Assembly: GCF_018977255.1 (NCBI RefSeq)
Contig: NW_024704742.1
Location: 137,394,001 to 137,458,000 of the forward strand
Length of the DNA stretch: 64,000 bases
DNA from: Callorhinchus milii
Taxonomy: Eukaryota
Direction: 5' to 3'
The notes below the pieces were generated by a model. It did not search any database. It saw nothing but the letters and a program-made list of their open reading frames with translations, and was not told where the DNA came from. Positions within the stretch are counted from its first letter, which is position 1; each line of letters opens with the position of its first letter. Below are positions 63,177 to 64,000 of the stretch, piece after piece. The translations under genes and the position numbers were made by a program.

Positions 63177-64000
63177 CTAATTCCTGGGTCCCTCCCACTT
63201 TCACTTCCCACTTCAATTCTGGCCTCTTTGACCGAACTTCCGGTTATCTTTACCCCCTGCACCCCACCCCCCGTAAGTTGTTGCTCACATTCCTCTCTTA
63301 ATCCAAATTCAAATTGATCGCCACCCATTTACGGGGCTATCACTGGCAGATCAGCTGCAGAGTTCATCGGTATAACATTCACTTCTCACTGTGCAATTTT
63401 AATCTGTAAAACACTTTAGGAAGTTCATTTGCGTGAAATGTTCTAAATAAAATGTACATTCTCGTCATGTTTGCAGGACATCGCTCTGCCCAATTGGTTG
63501 CCGTTTCGCTCACAAAATACAGTCAATCCACTTTACAATATATTTTATATATAGAAGACATGAAAAGCGTAATATAAAATGCAAGGATTATTATTATGTG
63601 ATTTGAGACGTCTGATAAAGCCCTATGTCAAATGCAAAGATTATTATATTATTGGACTTCAGTGATTGTCATCCCTCCCATTCAGCTCTATAGATATTGC
63701 TAAACATTGGGATTTGGGGTTAGCACTTACCAGCTCCAGCTTGGCTTCCTCAATCTTCACTTTGGCCAACATGGGGTCCTGCAGAGACATCGCAGACACA
63801 GGAAGTCATTTTCACAGCCGCCACCAACACGTGAAGCGAGAGGATCAGACTCTCCTCACTGTATTTACACAACACCCTTCACATGGGGCAGCTTCTCGCA
63901 GTGCTTAACAGTGGTGGAGTCTGATGCCGAACTGGGGGCGGGGGGGAGGGGGGTGAAAAAAGGAGGTGACGATAATCACAGTCAAAGAGGGAGGTATTCA

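Noticed and set aside
60200..64000. Possible neighbouring gene upstream of ARK2N
   Set aside because: No recognisable coding exon in this part of the window.

Overview
Vertebrate genomic DNA. The L2/CR1 LINE and tRNA-SINE content suggests a cartilaginous fish, probably a chimaera (inference, not checked). The window holds one apparently complete minus-strand gene, ARK2N (C18orf25/ARKL1). It has a CpG-island promoter near 59.0 kb and a non-coding exon 1 (~59025-58169). The CDS is complement(join(5513..5720,6984..7110,14917..15099,47884..48637)), 423 aa, with all junctions GT-AG and phase-compatible. A ~4.6 kb 3' UTR ends at an AATAAA at 948-953. Introns are packed with nested LINE and SINE fragments. 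The most notable observation is in the 33 kb intron 2. It contains a phase-compatible candidate alternative last exon (30091-29646) with its own poly(A) signal. Further downstream is a phase-compatible candidate first or cassette exon (22640/22596-22539) below a CCAAT/GATA cluster. Together these suggest the locus can make separate N-half and C-half proteins. Splice and start/stop coordinates were counted from the sequence. Repeat boundaries are approximate, and family names come from recalled motifs, not database searches.
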